Under the pieces are notes generated by a model. It was given only the letters and a program-made list of their open reading frames with translations. It was not told where the DNA came from and made no database searches. From the NCBI GenBank assembly GCA_019313385.1, contig JAFDBG010000001.1:2667-66666 (forward strand): DNA of 64,000 nucleotides. The letters are read 5' to 3'. The position numbers and the translations under genes are program-made. The stretch is from Deltaproteobacteria bacterium (lineage in GTDB: Bacteria; Desulfobacterota; Syntrophia; Syntrophales; UBA2210). Of the stretch, positions 28,434-40,714 are shown in pieces (positions within the stretch are counted from its first letter, which is position 1; every line of letters starts with the position of its first letter).

Positions 28434-28721
28434 GTGAGGATAACGAAGGAAGAGGTGAGGCATGTTGCCCACCTTGCCAGACTGAACTTCAGTGAAGGTG
28501 AAGAGGAAAAGTTCACCTCCCAGCTCAACAGCATACTGATGTACATGGACATATTGAACGGTGTGGATACCGCGGGGATTCAACCCATGACACACGCCAT
28601 CTCTCTCGGCAATGTATTCAGGGATGATACAGAGAAAGAATCCCTGGGGGCGGAGATTGCGCTTGAGGGCGCCCCGGACGGGAAGATGGGCTTTTTCGGT
28701 GTTCCCAAAATCATAGAATAG
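28434..28721 (+). CDS. gatC: Asp/Glu-tRNA(Asn/Gln) amidotransferase subunit C
   Basis: AGGAGG-N9-GTG, then (M)[34 protein letters not shown]. First gene of the gatCAB operon. Confidence 0.9.
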   Translation: MRITKEEVRHVAHLARLNFSEGEEEKFTSQLNSILMYMDILNGVDTAGIQPMTHAISLGNVFRDDTEKESLGAEIALEGAPDGKMGFFGVPKIIE

Positions 28722-28738
28722 TGTCTCAGGAAAATAAC

Positions 28739-30196
28739 ATGGAATTCAACCAGTTAACCATTCATGAACTGCAGAAAAAGTTGAAAGACGGAAGCCTCAC
28801 CTCCGTTGAGATTACAGAATCTGTATATCGGAGGATAGCATCTGTAGAAGAAAAGGTGCACTCGTATATAACAATGATGGAGGAGACCGCCATCGGACAG
28901 GCCCGCGCGGCGGACAGGCGGATAAAAGAGGGAAACGCCGGTGAACTGACCGGCATACCCATAGCCATCAAGGACATCCTGTGCACGGAAGGTGTCAGGA
29001 CAACCTGCGGATCACGCACCCTTGAAGATTTCATACCCCCCTATGACGCAACGGTAGTCAGGAAATTGAAGGATGTCGGCGCGGTGTTCGTCGGGAAGAC
29101 AAATATGGATGAGTTTGCCATGGGCTCCTCTACCGAGACCTCCCGGTTCGGGATAACAAAGAATCCATGGGACTTGGAGCGTATACCCGGAGGGTCCAGT
29201 GGCGGTTCGGCCGCCGCTGTTGCCGCCGACGAATGTATAGCATCACTGGGCACCGACACAGGCGGTTCCATCAGACAACCCGCGGCCCTGTGTGGCGTCG
29301 TGGGGATGAAGCCCACATATGGAAGGGTCTCACGCTTCGGCATGGTAGCCTTCGCCTCTTCCCTGGACCAGATAGGGCCCATCACCAAAGATGTGGAAGA
29401 CTGCGCCATTATGATGAATGTCATATCCGGTCATGACACCAGCGATTCCACTTCCGTCCCCAAAGAGGTACCCGATTACAGGGCCTATATCTCCAGAGAC
29501 ATCGAGGGGTGTACTATCGGCATCCCCAAAGAGTACTTTGTCGAAGGAGTTGACCCGGAGATCAGGGCCTCCATAGATACAACCATCAAAACCCTCGAGG
29601 GACTCGGCGCCCGGTGCCTTGACATATCGCTCCCCCATACCGAGTACTGCATTGCGACTTACTATATAATAGCGCCTTCAGAGGCCAGTTCGAACCTGGC
29701 TCGCTATGACGGCGTCAGGTACGGATTCAGGGCTCCGAATGAAGAGAATCTTCTGGATATGTACAGGAAAACCCGTTCTTCGGGTTTCGGAGCGGAGGTC
29801 AAGAGAAGAATCATGATAGGCACCTACTCTCTTTCCTCCGGATATTATGATGCCTACTATAAAAAGGCGTCGCAGGTAAGAGCCCTGATCAGGGATGACT
29901 TCGACAGCGCGTTCACAAAGTGCGACGTGATCCTGACCCCCGCAACACCGACCCCGGCATTCAAAATAGGGGAAAAGATGGACGATCCGCTGCAGATGTA
30001 CCTCTGCGACATATTCACCCTCTCGGCAAATCTGGCAGGGGTGCCAGGGATCTCCGTCCCCTGCGGCTATACGAAGGGCGGGCTCCCCATGGGGGTCCAG
30101 TTTATGGCGAACCACTTTGAGGAGGGAAAACTCCTCCAGATAGCATCGGCATATGAGAAAAACTCGAAGATAGAGAGGAGGATGCCCGAACTGTGA
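28739..30196 (+). CDS. gatA: Asp/Glu-tRNA amidotransferase subunit A
   Basis: Amidase signature [13 protein letters not shown]...[14 protein letters not shown]-terminus [15 protein letters not shown]. The track start 28721 (GTG) is a less likely alternative. Confidence 0.95.
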   Translation: MEFNQLTIHELQKKLKDGSLTSVEITESVYRRIASVEEKVHSYITMMEETAIGQARAADRRIKEGNAGELTGIPIAIKDILCTEGVRTTCGSRTLEDFIPPYDATVVRKLKDVGAVFVGKTNMDEFAMGSSTETSRFGITKNPWDLERIPGGSSGGSAAAVAADECIASLGTDTGGSIRQPAALCGVVGMKPTYGRVSRFGMVAFASSLDQIGPITKDVEDCAIMMNVISGHDTSDSTSVPKEVPDYRAYISRDIEGCTIGIPKEYFVEGVDPEIRASIDTTIKTLEGLGARCLDISLPHTEYCIATYYIIAPSEASSNLARYDGVRYGFRAPNEENLLDMYRKTRSSGFGAEVKRRIMIGTYSLSSGYYDAYYKKASQVRALIRDDFDSAFTKCDVILTPATPTPAFKIGEKMDDPLQMYLCDIFTLSANLAGVPGISVPCGYTKGGLPMGVQFMANHFEEGKLLQIASAYEKNSKIERRMPEL

Positions 30197-31629
30197 TGCA
30201 GTACGAACCGGTCATAGGACTTGAAGTGCACGCCCAGCTCCTCACCAAAACCAAGATATTCTGTGGTTGTTCGACCAGATTCGGCGAGGAGCCCAACAGC
30301 AACACCTGCCCCGTCTGCCTTGGCATGCCAGGCGTTCTCCCTGTACTCAATAAAAAAGTTGTGGAATACGCGGTGAAAATGGCCATCTCGACCCATTGCA
30401 GGATAAACGGGACAAGCACATGGGCAAGGAAAAACTATTTCTATCCCGATCTTCCAAAGGGATATCAGATCACACAGTTTGCCCATCCCATAGCTGAAGC
30501 CGGATATATCGATATTGAAATCGGCGGAGCGAAGAGGAGAATCGGTATTACCCGCATACACATGGAGGAAGACGCGGGCAAATCCATACATGATGATCTC
30601 AGCCCTTTCAGCTACGTCGATCTCAACAGGGCGGGGGTTCCCCTTATAGAGATAGTAAGCGAACCGGATATGCGGAACACGGACGAAGCGGTTCATTATC
30701 TCCGAAGACTACACGAAATACTGGTCTATCTTGAGATATGCGACGGGAATATGGAGGAGGGAAGTTTTCGCTGTGACGCCAATATCTCCCTGAGGCCGAA
30801 GGGACAAAAAGAATTCGGAATCAGGGCGGAACTCAAGAACATGAACTCCTTCCGCAACGTACAGCATGCCCTCGAATACGAGATACAGAGGCAACGCGCC
30901 ATTCTGGAGGGAGGCGGCGGTGTCCCGCAGGAAACACGCCTGTGGGATGTCTCACAGTGTGTCACCCATTCGATGAGGGGAAAGGAAGAGGCGCACGACT
31001 ACCGGTATTTCCCTGAACCCGATCTTGTCCCTGTTGTAATATCCGATGCGTGGAGAGAGGATATAAAAAATGCCCTTCCAGAACTTCCCATGGAGAAGAG
31101 GGAGCGGTTCCTCAGTGCATACAACATTCCACCTTACGACGCGGGGGTTCTGACGGCGAGCCGCGCCCTGGCGGATTATTACGAAGAGGTGGTACGGCTT
31201 TGCGAACGGCCGAAGATCGCGAGCAATTGGGTCATGGGCGATTTTCTGGCTTATCTGAACGAGGCAAAGCTGGAGATAGGAGAAAGCCCGGTACCCCCCG
31301 CGGCCCTGGCGGAGCTGATCGGTATCATAGGAGATGGAACGATCAGCGGAAAGATTGCCAAAGAGGTCTTCGAGGGGATGTGGAAATCGGGGAAAAACCC
31401 GGGGGAGATCGTGGAAGAAAAGGGCCTCGTTCAGATTAGCGATACCACGGAGCTGGAGAAGATCGTGGAAGAAGTGCTGGAGGCAAATAAGAAACAGCTT
31501 GAGCAGTACAGGGCGGGCAAGGATCAGCTGTTCGGCTTCTTCGTTGGGCAAACGATGAAGGCCACCGGCGGCAAGGCAAACCCCAAGATCGTCAACGAAC
31601 TGCTGAAGAAGAAACTCTCGATGTCATGA
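30196..31629 (+). CDS. gatB: Asp/Glu-tRNA amidotransferase subunit B
   Basis: [15 protein letters not shown]..., [14 protein letters not shown] and a C-terminal GatB/YqeY domain. Its start ATG (30196) overlaps the gatA stop codon TGA (30194-30196) by one nt. Confidence 0.95.
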   Translation: MQYEPVIGLEVHAQLLTKTKIFCGCSTRFGEEPNSNTCPVCLGMPGVLPVLNKKVVEYAVKMAISTHCRINGTSTWARKNYFYPDLPKGYQITQFAHPIAEAGYIDIEIGGAKRRIGITRIHMEEDAGKSIHDDLSPFSYVDLNRAGVPLIEIVSEPDMRNTDEAVHYLRRLHEILVYLEICDGNMEEGSFRCDANISLRPKGQKEFGIRAELKNMNSFRNVQHALEYEIQRQRAILEGGGGVPQETRLWDVSQCVTHSMRGKEEAHDYRYFPEPDLVPVVISDAWREDIKNALPELPMEKRERFLSAYNIPPYDAGVLTASRALADYYEEVVRLCERPKIASNWVMGDFLAYLNEAKLEIGESPVPPAALAELIGIIGDGTISGKIAKEVFEGMWKSGKNPGEIVEEKGLVQISDTTELEKIVEEVLEANKKQLEQYRAGKDQLFGFFVGQTMKATGGKANPKIVNELLKKKLSMS

Positions 31630-32717
31630 TCAAGACCATATCCTGGAATGAGGGTGCCGTGGTGATGATCGACCAGAGGGTCCTCCCGCACGAAGAACGA
31701 TATCTCACCTGCCGGACATATCAGGATGTTATAGCTGCCATTAATACCATGGCCATACGGGGCGCGCCCGCCGTGGGAATAGCTGCCGCGATGGGCATCG
31801 CCCTCGGCGCCCTTAACTCACCCGAAAAAAAGATGAAAGAGGATTTCTACAGTATCTGTGACGAGTTCTCCCGAACCCGTCCCACCGCTGTAAATCTGTT
31901 CTGGGCCATAGACAGGATGAAGTCCCGTTTTGAGAAGGAGATCGCGTCCACACCTAGTGTAAAAGCGGATGCGGTAAAAAAGGCCCTGACAGAAGAGGCC
32001 CTGCGGATACTGGAAGATGACATCGAGGCAAACCGGCAGATGGGAGCCCATGGAAAAGACCTGATACAGGACGGAGACACCATCCTGACACACTGCAATG
32101 CCGGGGCGCTCGCAACCGGTGGCTATGGAACGGCGCTGGGCGTCATCCGGGCCGCCCATGAAGAGGGAAAGAAGCTCCATATCCTGGTGGACGAAACCAG
32201 ACCCCTCCTCCAGGGGGCGAGGCTGACCGCATGGGAGATGCACAGAGAAGGCATCGCTGCCACGCTTATAACCGACAGCATGGCGGGCTCTTTTATGCAG
32301 CGGGGAATGGTCAATCTCGTTCTCGTGGGGGCAGACCGCATCGCAGCCAACGGCGATACAGCCAACAAGATTGGGACTTACAGCCTCGCCGTTCTGGCAA
32401 AAGAGAACAGGGTCCCTCTGTATGTGGCGGCCCCGCTTGCCACCATAGACCGCCGGACGCGCACCGGAAGGGGAATCCCCATCGAAGAGAGAGGAGAGGA
32501 CGAGGTGCTCAGATTCTACGGCACACGGATCGCACCGCAGGGCCTCCATGCATGCAATCCTGCCTTCGATGTAACCCCGAACAGATATATTACCGCTATC
32601 ATCACGGAAAAGGGGATTATCACAAAACCGTTCGGCAGAAATATCAAAGACATCTTCGTCGGTTCCGCTGCATATCGCCAGGGGGCCAGGCCGAAAACCT
32701 CATACAAGCCAGAATGA
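31626..32717 (+). CDS. mtnA: S-methyl-5-thioribose-1-phosphate isomerase (eIF-2B alpha/beta/delta-like)
   Basis: [24 protein letters not shown] and [19 protein letters not shown]. Confidence 0.9.
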   Translation: MIKTISWNEGAVVMIDQRVLPHEERYLTCRTYQDVIAAINTMAIRGAPAVGIAAAMGIALGALNSPEKKMKEDFYSICDEFSRTRPTAVNLFWAIDRMKSRFEKEIASTPSVKADAVKKALTEEALRILEDDIEANRQMGAHGKDLIQDGDTILTHCNAGALATGGYGTALGVIRAAHEEGKKLHILVDETRPLLQGARLTAWEMHREGIAATLITDSMAGSFMQRGMVNLVLVGADRIAANGDTANKIGTYSLAVLAKENRVPLYVAAPLATIDRRTRTGRGIPIEERGEDEVLRFYGTRIAPQGLHACNPAFDVTPNRYITAIITEKGIITKPFGRNIKDIFVGSAAYRQGARPKTSYKPE

Positions 32718-33340
32718 AAGCACACATGAAAAATCTATTTATCTTTGACTTTGACGGCGTTATCGCGGACTCGCTGCTCCTCTACGAGGAGCTCGTAAAG
32801 ACACAACTTAAAAAGATAGGTTCACCCGTCATAACGACACGCAGTGACTTCCTTGATCTCTTTGACGGTAATTTCTATGCCTCTCTTCGCGCACTAGGAG
32901 TGGATATGGAGGCCTTCAACAACGCCATCATGGCCGCCGCCCCGGAGATAGATTACGGAAGGATTCTCCCCTTCGATGGCGTGCTGCCCGTGATAAACAC
33001 CCTTACAAAGGACAACACCCTTCTTGTCATATCCTCCAACGTCTCTTCCGTTATACGAACATTCCTCTCACGGTACGAATTTGACGGCATCTTTGATGAC
33101 GTCCTGGGTGCCGACTTCATGCTCAGCAAGACCAAGAAGATAGACCACGCCGTGGAGAGGTGCCAGGCGCTCCCTGACCGGACATATTATGTTGGAGATA
33201 CCGTCGGGGACATAAGGGAAGGGCAGGCTGCCGGTATCCGAACGGTGGCCGCGACCTGGGGGTGGCACCCGAAGAGGCGGTTCGAAGGGGTCGGTGCCGA
33301 TTACATCATCGATTCACCTGAGGGTCTCCTCACCATCTGA
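32714..33340 (+). CDS. HAD-IA family hydrolase (phosphoglycolate-phosphatase-like)
   Basis: DxD motif LFIFDFDGVIADS and YYVGDTVGDI. An ATGA overlap with the mtnA stop. The track ORF 32231..33340 is an artefactual N-terminal extension through mtnA in another frame. Confidence 0.8.
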   Translation: MKAHMKNLFIFDFDGVIADSLLLYEELVKTQLKKIGSPVITTRSDFLDLFDGNFYASLRALGVDMEAFNNAIMAAAPEIDYGRILPFDGVLPVINTLTKDNTLLVISSNVSSVIRTFLSRYEFDGIFDDVLGADFMLSKTKKIDHAVERCQALPDRTYYVGDTVGDIREGQAAGIRTVAATWGWHPKRRFEGVGADYIIDSPEGLLTI

Positions 33341-33353
33341 TCTTTAGAGCATC

Positions 33354-33392
33354 AAAAAAGAGAGGTCCCTCATCAAAGACGAGGGACCTCTC
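33354..33392 (-). terminator. intrinsic terminator of groESL
   Basis: A 12-bp perfect stem GAGAGGTCCCTC / GAGGGACCTCTC (33360-33371 / 33381-33392) with a 9-nt loop. On the minus strand T6 follows (the A6 at 33354-33359). Confidence 0.8.
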
Positions 33393-33427
33393 CCGAATCA
33401 CACACTTTCGCGGTTCTGAACAGCTTT

Positions 33428-35116
<1,689 letters not shown>

Positions 35117-35407
35117 TTATTTTTCAATTATTCCGAGTATATCGTCTTCACGCATGATAAGGTGTTCAACACCATCTATCTTGACTTCATTTCCGGCATA
35201 TTTGCTGAACAACACTTTATCGCCGGCCTTCACGTCCATCTTAATCACCTTACCATCATCCGTCTTCTTTCCGTTTCCAACGGCTATAACCTTTCCCTCC
35301 ATGGGTTTTTCCTTGGCGCTATCGGGTATGATGATTCCCCCTTTTGTCTTCTCTTCTTCATCAATGCGCTTAACGATGATCCTGTCATGTAATGGTCTAA
35401 TCTTCAT
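35117..35407 (-). CDS. groS: co-chaperonin GroES
   Basis: [14 protein letters not shown]...[20 protein letters not shown]. 96 aa. Confidence 0.97.
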   Translation of the reverse strand: MKIRPLHDRIIVKRIDEEEKTKGGIIIPDSAKEKPMEGKVIAVGNGKKTDDGKVIKMDVKAGDKVLFSKYAGNEVKIDGVEHLIMREDDILGIIEK

Positions 35408-35475
35408 CCTTTGTATTCTCCTCCCTTAAACTTGTTATTAAAGTTAAAAAGTCTTTTGTGCCCTCAGCAAAGCAT

Positions 35476-35503
35476 AAAATAAACATCAATCCAGCCCTGT
35501 CAA
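35476..35503 (-). promoter_or_regulatory. candidate sigma70-type promoter of groESL
   Basis: The minus strand reads TTGACA (35503-35498), a 16-nt spacer, then TATTTT (35481-35476). I could not find a CIRCE inverted repeat (TTAGCACTC-N9-GAGTGCTAA). Confidence 0.4.
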
Positions 35504-35519
35504 GTGTCATCGGGAAAAT

Positions 35520-36137
35520 TCATGCCTGCTTGATAGCAACCGGCACCTCGCAAAGGTCCCTGAATCTCTCCGCATCCTTTTCGGAGCCTACAATATCACC
35601 ATAGTGAACGGGTATGGCCACCCAGGGTCTTATCATATTGACCGCGAGGGCGGCCTCTTCGGCGTTCATCGTGTAGGTCCCGCCGACAGGTGCTATAACA
35701 ATATCCGCGCTTATGCTTTCCATTTCCGGGATAAGGTCAGTGTCGCCGCAATAGTATATCCTCTTCCCCATCACCGTTACCACAAAACCGAGCCAGTTGT
35801 TCTCCTTCGGGTGAAAGGCCTTGCCAATATTATAGGAACGCCCCGCCTCAACCAGTATCTCCCCGACCTGGACTACATCCCCCGGTTTGACTATCCTTAC
35901 ATCCCCGGAAAGTTCACCGGCACAATCCCGCGTGGTGATAATAACAGTATCATTTTTCTGTATCTTTCTGATGTCTTCCGGAGACAGGTGATCGTGATGA
36001 CTGTGGCTGATCAGGATAAGATCCGCCCCTTTTGGATCTCTGAGTTTCCAGGGATCGATATAGATCACCTGCTGCCCATCAATCCTCACACTTGAATGCC
36101 CGAGCCAGAATATATTCTCTACCATGGCGTCCTCCAT
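35520..36137 (-). CDS. MBL-fold metallo-hydrolase (UPF0173-like)
   Basis: LILISHSHHDH metal-binding motif. 205 aa. Confidence 0.8.
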   Translation of the reverse strand: MEDAMVENIFWLGHSSVRIDGQQVIYIDPWKLRDPKGADLILISHSHHDHLSPEDIRKIQKNDTVIITTRDCAGELSGDVRIVKPGDVVQVGEILVEAGRSYNIGKAFHPKENNWLGFVVTVMGKRIYYCGDTDLIPEMESISADIVIAPVGGTYTMNAEEAALAVNMIRPWVAIPVHYGDIVGSEKDAERFRDLCEVPVAIKQA

Positions 36138-36185
36138 TTACAGGTTTTGAGTTGAGAAATTCCCAAATTGTTAAACCGTAAATCG

Positions 36186-37793
36186 TTATCTCTTCCCCAT
36201 ATGCAATACGCCCTTTGTGATATTACACAGATGATCGGCAACTCTCTCTATGGACGAAAGCACGTCCGAATAGACAAGACCGGCGTCGCTTATGCAGTCA
36301 CCCCGTTCAAGTCTGTCTATATGATTAGATCTGCACTGCCTTACAAGAGCATGTATCTCTCTTTCAAGATTCAGTGTAATGGCGGCCGCCTTGTGATCGT
36401 CGTTTCCGATAGCCTTCCTTGTCTGCCTCATAAGAACGTATACCTTTTCAAACAACTTGCCCAGCTCCATATCCGCGTGACTGGAAAATTTCAAATCATG
36501 TTCATACCCTCTCTGAGATGACCTTACGATACTCTCACAATAATCCCCCACCCTTTCGAGATCGTTCACACTGTGAAGCAGCGCGGGAATCAAATTCCTC
36601 TCCTGGTCAGACAGCTCCCTTTTAGTAAGGCTGATAAGATATTCGGTGATATTTTTCTGCATTTCATCAACAGAATCTTCATCAAGGGTTATCTCGTTGC
36701 TGAGTTTATGGTTGTAGGTGATAATACATTTCTCCGCCTTTTCAAACATATCTTGACATATGTTCAACATCACAATCATCTCTTTTATAACCGCCTTAAT
36801 TGCCAGGGTGGGCGTTATACGCAGATTCTTGTCAAGGTGTTTCGTTGCCTTCTTCTCATAATCCGTTCCAGGAATCACCCTGTTCAAAAGTTTAACGAAA
36901 AGAGGCACAAACGGCAGGAAGACCAACATATTGATCACATTGAAGATCGTGTGGGTATTGGCGATCTGTCTCGCGATATCACCGGAGGTCATGGGGATGT
37001 ACAGCAGATAGAGAGGAATAAAGGGCAGCATGATCATGGTCCCTGCTATATTAAAGAACGTATGACCAAGGGCAAGCCTCTTACTGGACAGATTGCCTCC
37101 AATGCTGGCGAGACCCGCGGTAATACATGTGCCAATATTAACCCCGAAGACTAAGTAAACGGATGCCGTAAGATCCAACAACCCGGCGGACGCGAATGCT
37201 ATGATCATTCCGGTGGTTGTGGCACTGCTCTGTAACGCAGCCGTCACAATCATCCCCGTCAATATCCCGAAGAAAGGGCTGGCGCCGAAGCGTATAAAGA
37301 TGTTTTTTATTGCCTCATCATCAGCCAGGGGCTTGATAGCTGAGCTCATCATTACAAGTCCCATAAATAACAGGCCAAAGCTGAGAAGCGCCAGACCCTT
37401 GTTTTTGTTTTTACCCTTTTTTGCGGAGAGAAAGATCGCGGTCCCTGTAAACACAAACAGGGGCGCTACGGTCGTAAACTTGAAGGCGATCAGCTGAGCG
37501 GTAACCGTGCTGCCCACATTGGCACCGATCATGATCGCGAGGGCCGCCGCCAGAGGGATAAACCCCGCATTCAGAAACCCTATGATGATGACCGAGGTCG
37601 CGCTCGAGCTCTGTATCACCGCGGTGACAAGAGCGCCCATCATTGTCGCCCTGAGCTTGCCCGACGTCATCTTTTCAAGCATCGCCTTCAGCAACCCTTG
37701 AGACAATTTCTTCAGGGAATCACTCAGAAGATACATCCCGAATATAAACAGTCCCAGACCACCGATCATTCCTGAAATAATTTCAAAGTCCAT
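36186..37793 (-). CDS. Na+/phosphate cotransporter family protein with PhoU-like C-terminal domain (paralog 2)
   Basis: IQSSSATSVIIIGF and LQSSATTTGMIIAF repeats, plus C-terminal PhoU-like repeats (NDLERVGDYCESI, SSIERVADHLCNI). It has the same architecture as 3295..4899. Confidence 0.85.
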   Translation of the reverse strand: MDFEIISGMIGGLGLFIFGMYLLSDSLKKLSQGLLKAMLEKMTSGKLRATMMGALVTAVIQSSSATSVIIIGFLNAGFIPLAAALAIMIGANVGSTVTAQLIAFKFTTVAPLFVFTGTAIFLSAKKGKNKNKGLALLSFGLLFMGLVMMSSAIKPLADDEAIKNIFIRFGASPFFGILTGMIVTAALQSSATTTGMIIAFASAGLLDLTASVYLVFGVNIGTCITAGLASIGGNLSSKRLALGHTFFNIAGTMIMLPFIPLYLLYIPMTSGDIARQIANTHTIFNVINMLVFLPFVPLFVKLLNRVIPGTDYEKKATKHLDKNLRITPTLAIKAVIKEMIVMLNICQDMFEKAEKCIITYNHKLSNEITLDEDSVDEMQKNITEYLISLTKRELSDQERNLIPALLHSVNDLERVGDYCESIVRSSQRGYEHDLKFSSHADMELGKLFEKVYVLMRQTRKAIGNDDHKAAAITLNLEREIHALVRQCRSNHIDRLERGDCISDAGLVYSDVLSSIERVADHLCNITKGVLHMGKR

Positions 37794-37876
37794 CAGTCCC
37801 TCAGATGAAAAAATTACTAGTTACGTGTTGCGGGTTTAAACCCTTTTCAATTAAATCTACGTTTCAAGTTTGATGC

Positions 37877-38055
37877 ATTCGTAAAAAGTCTTTTCGTAAC
37901 GAATCCAAGTATTTTGAGGAAATGATGCTGGCAATGACCGGCGCTTCCGAGAAGCTAACTGTTTGAGTGTGTTAGCACGAGTTTTAGATTTTTAGTCTGG
38001 GAATAGCAGCATCCCCAAAATGATTCTGAGCGAAGAAAACTGACTTTTTACGGGT
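37877..38055. ncRNA. candidate structured RNA or MITE-like long imperfect inverted repeat (function and strand unknown)
   Basis: An 11-bp perfect terminal inverted repeat, CGTAAAAAGTC (37880-90) / GACTTTTTACG (38042-52). Further complementary blocks lie inward: TTTTC/GAAAA, GAATC/GATTC, ATTTTGAGGA/TCCCCAAAAT and TGCTG/CAGCA. The ~70-nt interior contains a GCTTC-CGA-GAAGC hairpin. The element sits in a 324-nt gap between folD and the Na/Pi gene. Confidence 0.3.
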
Positions 38056-38117
38056 CTATCCAGTTTCCAGTTCACAGTCCTTTCACTCGACCCCTTGAAC
38101 CCTTCTGGTAACTGCAA

Positions 38118-38984
38118 CTACCCGGGCAATAAAACAGACGCCGCCGCCAGCGTGTTTCTCAGCAGTATCGCAATCGTCATCGGCCCGACACCCCCCGGAA
38201 CAGGGGTGATATATGAGGCCTTTTTGCACGCATCGGCAAAGACAACATCTCCCACCAGTTTGCCCGTTTCAAGCCGGTTGATCCCGACATCAATCACCAC
38301 CGCGCCACCTCTTATCATATCACCACTTATCATCCCGGGGTTCCCCGCCGCGGCCACAAGGATTTCCGCCCTTCTCGTAACCTCGGCAAGATCCCTCGTC
38401 CTCGTATGACAGACGGTGACTGTCGCGTGTCTTTCGAGGAGCATCAGAGTAAGAGGTTTCCCCACTATATTGCTTCTTCCCACTATAACCGCTTCTTTCC
38501 CCTTTATCTCTATCTCATATCGATCCAGAAGCTCCATTATGCCAGCCGGTGTGCAGGACCTGTGATATGGATTGCCGGAAAAAAGCCTGCCGACATTATA
38601 GGGGTGAAACCCGTCAACGTCCTTCCTGGGATCTATCGCTTCAATGATGGCATCTGTTCTTATATGTTCCGGAACGGGGAGCTGCACAAGAAACCCGTGT
38701 ATCTCACGATCGCGATTCAACCCGTCAATGACATCGAGAAGCTTTTTCTCGCTCGTATCAGAGGGGAGCCTGAATTCCTTCGACAGAAATCCCACCTCCC
38801 TGCACGCGTTCTTTTTCCCCCGGACATAAATCTGCGAGGCAGGGTCATCGCCCACCAGGACAACTGCAAGGCCGGGTACAATCCCCCTTTCCTTTCTCAA
38901 CCGGAGGGTTTTTTCTCTGATTTCATCTCTTACATCCTGTGATATCTTCTTACCATCAATTACTACAGCCATATCCTCACCCAT
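38118..38984 (-). CDS. folD: bifunctional methylenetetrahydrofolate dehydrogenase/cyclohydrolase
   Basis: PGLAVVLVGDDPASQIYV, GFLVQLPVP, VGRSNIVGKP and PVPGGVGPMTIA. Confidence 0.95.
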   Translation of the reverse strand: MGEDMAVVIDGKKISQDVRDEIREKTLRLRKERGIVPGLAVVLVGDDPASQIYVRGKKNACREVGFLSKEFRLPSDTSEKKLLDVIDGLNRDREIHGFLVQLPVPEHIRTDAIIEAIDPRKDVDGFHPYNVGRLFSGNPYHRSCTPAGIMELLDRYEIEIKGKEAVIVGRSNIVGKPLTLMLLERHATVTVCHTRTRDLAEVTRRAEILVAAAGNPGMISGDMIRGGAVVIDVGINRLETGKLVGDVVFADACKKASYITPVPGGVGPMTIAILLRNTLAAASVLLPG

Positions 38985-39189
38985 AAAAATTTCTCTTTAC
39001 AGCATGGCAAAAAATCCGCCGCACTGAAGTTTGTGACATGTATATTACACAACACCAGAATGTCAAGCCAATCAGTCATCAGGCAACGCAAACAGGACTA
39101 TGCATACATATATATTTTTTCAATTTTGTTGAAGTAAATCACCTGTTGTGATAGGTGGATTGATTGCTAATAGCAGGGGGGGGCCTCAC

Positions 39190-40650
39190 ATGGAACAAAA
39201 TCTGGGAAAAATGCTGGAGGATACCTGTAGTAGATACCCGGACAGGATATCCATTATATATAAAGACAAAACCGTCTCCTACGCCCAGTTGGACAGGGCA
39301 GTGAGCGCCTTTGGAAACAGATTAAAGGCGCTCGGTGTGGCAAAGGGGGATAAAGTGGCAATGATGCTCCCCAATATACCGGAATTCATCATATCCTATT
39401 TTGCCATCCTGAGGCTCGGAGCGGTTGCTGTAACCATCAATGTCATGTCGACCCCCCATGAATTGCTGTACCTGCTTGACAACTGTGATGCCAGGGCATT
39501 TATCACCATCCCGTCATCGGCGAAAAGGTTTGAAGAAATAAGAGAAAAGCTGCCGCAGTGCGAACACCTGATAACAACCGACGACTCCCATGGCAATCTT
39601 TCCATAAACGGATCCATGGAGATGAATGCCTTCGAACTTGACACGCCGGAGGTCACAGGCGATGATCCCGCCGCGATGATCTATACTTCAGGTCTAACGG
39701 GAAAACCGCTCGGCGCCGTTCTCACCCACCGCAATCTGTCCACCCAGTCTCCTCTGCTCGAGGAAATCTGCCACGGAACTGTGGAAGACAGGGGTCTTTG
39801 TCTCATCCCGCTCTTTCATTCCTTCGGGGCCACCGTCAACATGTTGATGGTTCTGAAGATGGGCGCCAGCGTAGTCATGATTGACCAATTCAACCTTGAA
39901 AATATTTTCAAGATCACACAAGAAAAAAAGGTCACATATATAGCGGCTGTTCCAAGGGTTTTTCTGGGAATGCTGCTGTTTGAGGGAGCGGACAATTACG
40001 ACACCGGTTCCCTGAGATTATGCATTACCGGCGGATCGGCAATGCCCTCGGAATATATACCGATGTTCGAAAAAAAGTTCGAAGTTGCTTTGATTCAGGG
40101 GTATGGCCTTACCGAGGCATCCCCGGTATGCTCGGTAAGCAGGATAGATGGAGAGCAGAAACCGGGGTCTATCGGTCCCCCAATACCCGGCGTTGAAGCA
40201 AAGGTACATGATGAGACGGGCTCCCCGCTGCCAGCGGGTGACATTGGAGAACTTCTTGTCAGGGGCCTCAATGTCATGAAGGGATATTACAAAGATGAAG
40301 AGGCAACCGCAAAGGTAATAAAGAATGGATGGCTCCATACCGGAGACCTGGCAAGAATCGATGAAGAGGGGTACATCTTTCTCAAAGGACTCAAGAAGCG
40401 AATGATCATCACCAGCGGTTTCAACGTATATCCCGCGGAGATTGAGAACACTCTCAGGATGCACCCGGAAGTAGAGGATGCGAGGGTAACAGGCAGGGAA
40501 GACCTCTTGAGAGGAGAGATTGTAAGGGCGCTTGTCATAAGAAGGCAGGGATCCTCCATCGGTAATAAGGATATAATGAAACACTGCAGGCAATACCTCT
40601 CTTCCTACAAATCTCCCAGGGAATTGGAATTTGTGGAAGAGTTTGACTGA
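39190..40650 (+). CDS. acyl-CoA synthetase (AMP-forming; medium/long-chain fatty-acid-CoA ligase-like)
   Basis: AMP-binding motifs IYTSGLTGKPLGAVLTH, GYGLTE and LHTGDLARIDEEGYIFL. The ATG at 39190 (MEQNLGKMLED) is preferred over the track start 39148. Confidence 0.88.
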   Translation: MEQNLGKMLEDTCSRYPDRISIIYKDKTVSYAQLDRAVSAFGNRLKALGVAKGDKVAMMLPNIPEFIISYFAILRLGAVAVTINVMSTPHELLYLLDNCDARAFITIPSSAKRFEEIREKLPQCEHLITTDDSHGNLSINGSMEMNAFELDTPEVTGDDPAAMIYTSGLTGKPLGAVLTHRNLSTQSPLLEEICHGTVEDRGLCLIPLFHSFGATVNMLMVLKMGASVVMIDQFNLENIFKITQEKKVTYIAAVPRVFLGMLLFEGADNYDTGSLRLCITGGSAMPSEYIPMFEKKFEVALIQGYGLTEASPVCSVSRIDGEQKPGSIGPPIPGVEAKVHDETGSPLPAGDIGELLVRGLNVMKGYYKDEEATAKVIKNGWLHTGDLARIDEEGYIFLKGLKKRMIITSGFNVYPAEIENTLRMHPEVEDARVTGREDLLRGEIVRALVIRRQGSSIGNKDIMKHCRQYLSSYKSPRELEFVEEFD

Positions 40651-40714
40651 AGTCAAAAAGAGAGCAGGAAAACTGAAAATTTTTCCTGCTAATAACAAGC
40701 AAAGGAGAAGTCTT

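Noticed and set aside
32231-32713. N-terminal 161 codons of track ORF 32231..33340, which would make a 369-aa protein
   Set aside because: This part overlaps mtnA in another frame and is Arg/His/Gly-rich nonsense. The HAD hydrolase clearly begins at ATG 32714 ([15 protein letters not shown]), coupled to the mtnA stop.
35408-35519. CIRCE/HrcA operator upstream of groES
   Set aside because: No match to TTAGCACTC-N9-GAGTGCTAA is found on either strand. The TTAGCAC string at 37972-37978 belongs to a different intergenic region and has no inverted partner.
37877-38117. Specific call of 6S RNA (ssrS) for the long hairpin element
   Set aside because: The rod-like shape and the short strings resembling E. 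coli 6S RNA as I recall it (TCCGAGAAGC on the plus strand; AGGGTTCAAGGGG on the minus strand near 38085-38100) are suggestive. However, they lie on opposite strands, and the expected central-bubble and closing-stem geometry is not clearly reproduced. It is kept only as a generic candidate structured RNA.
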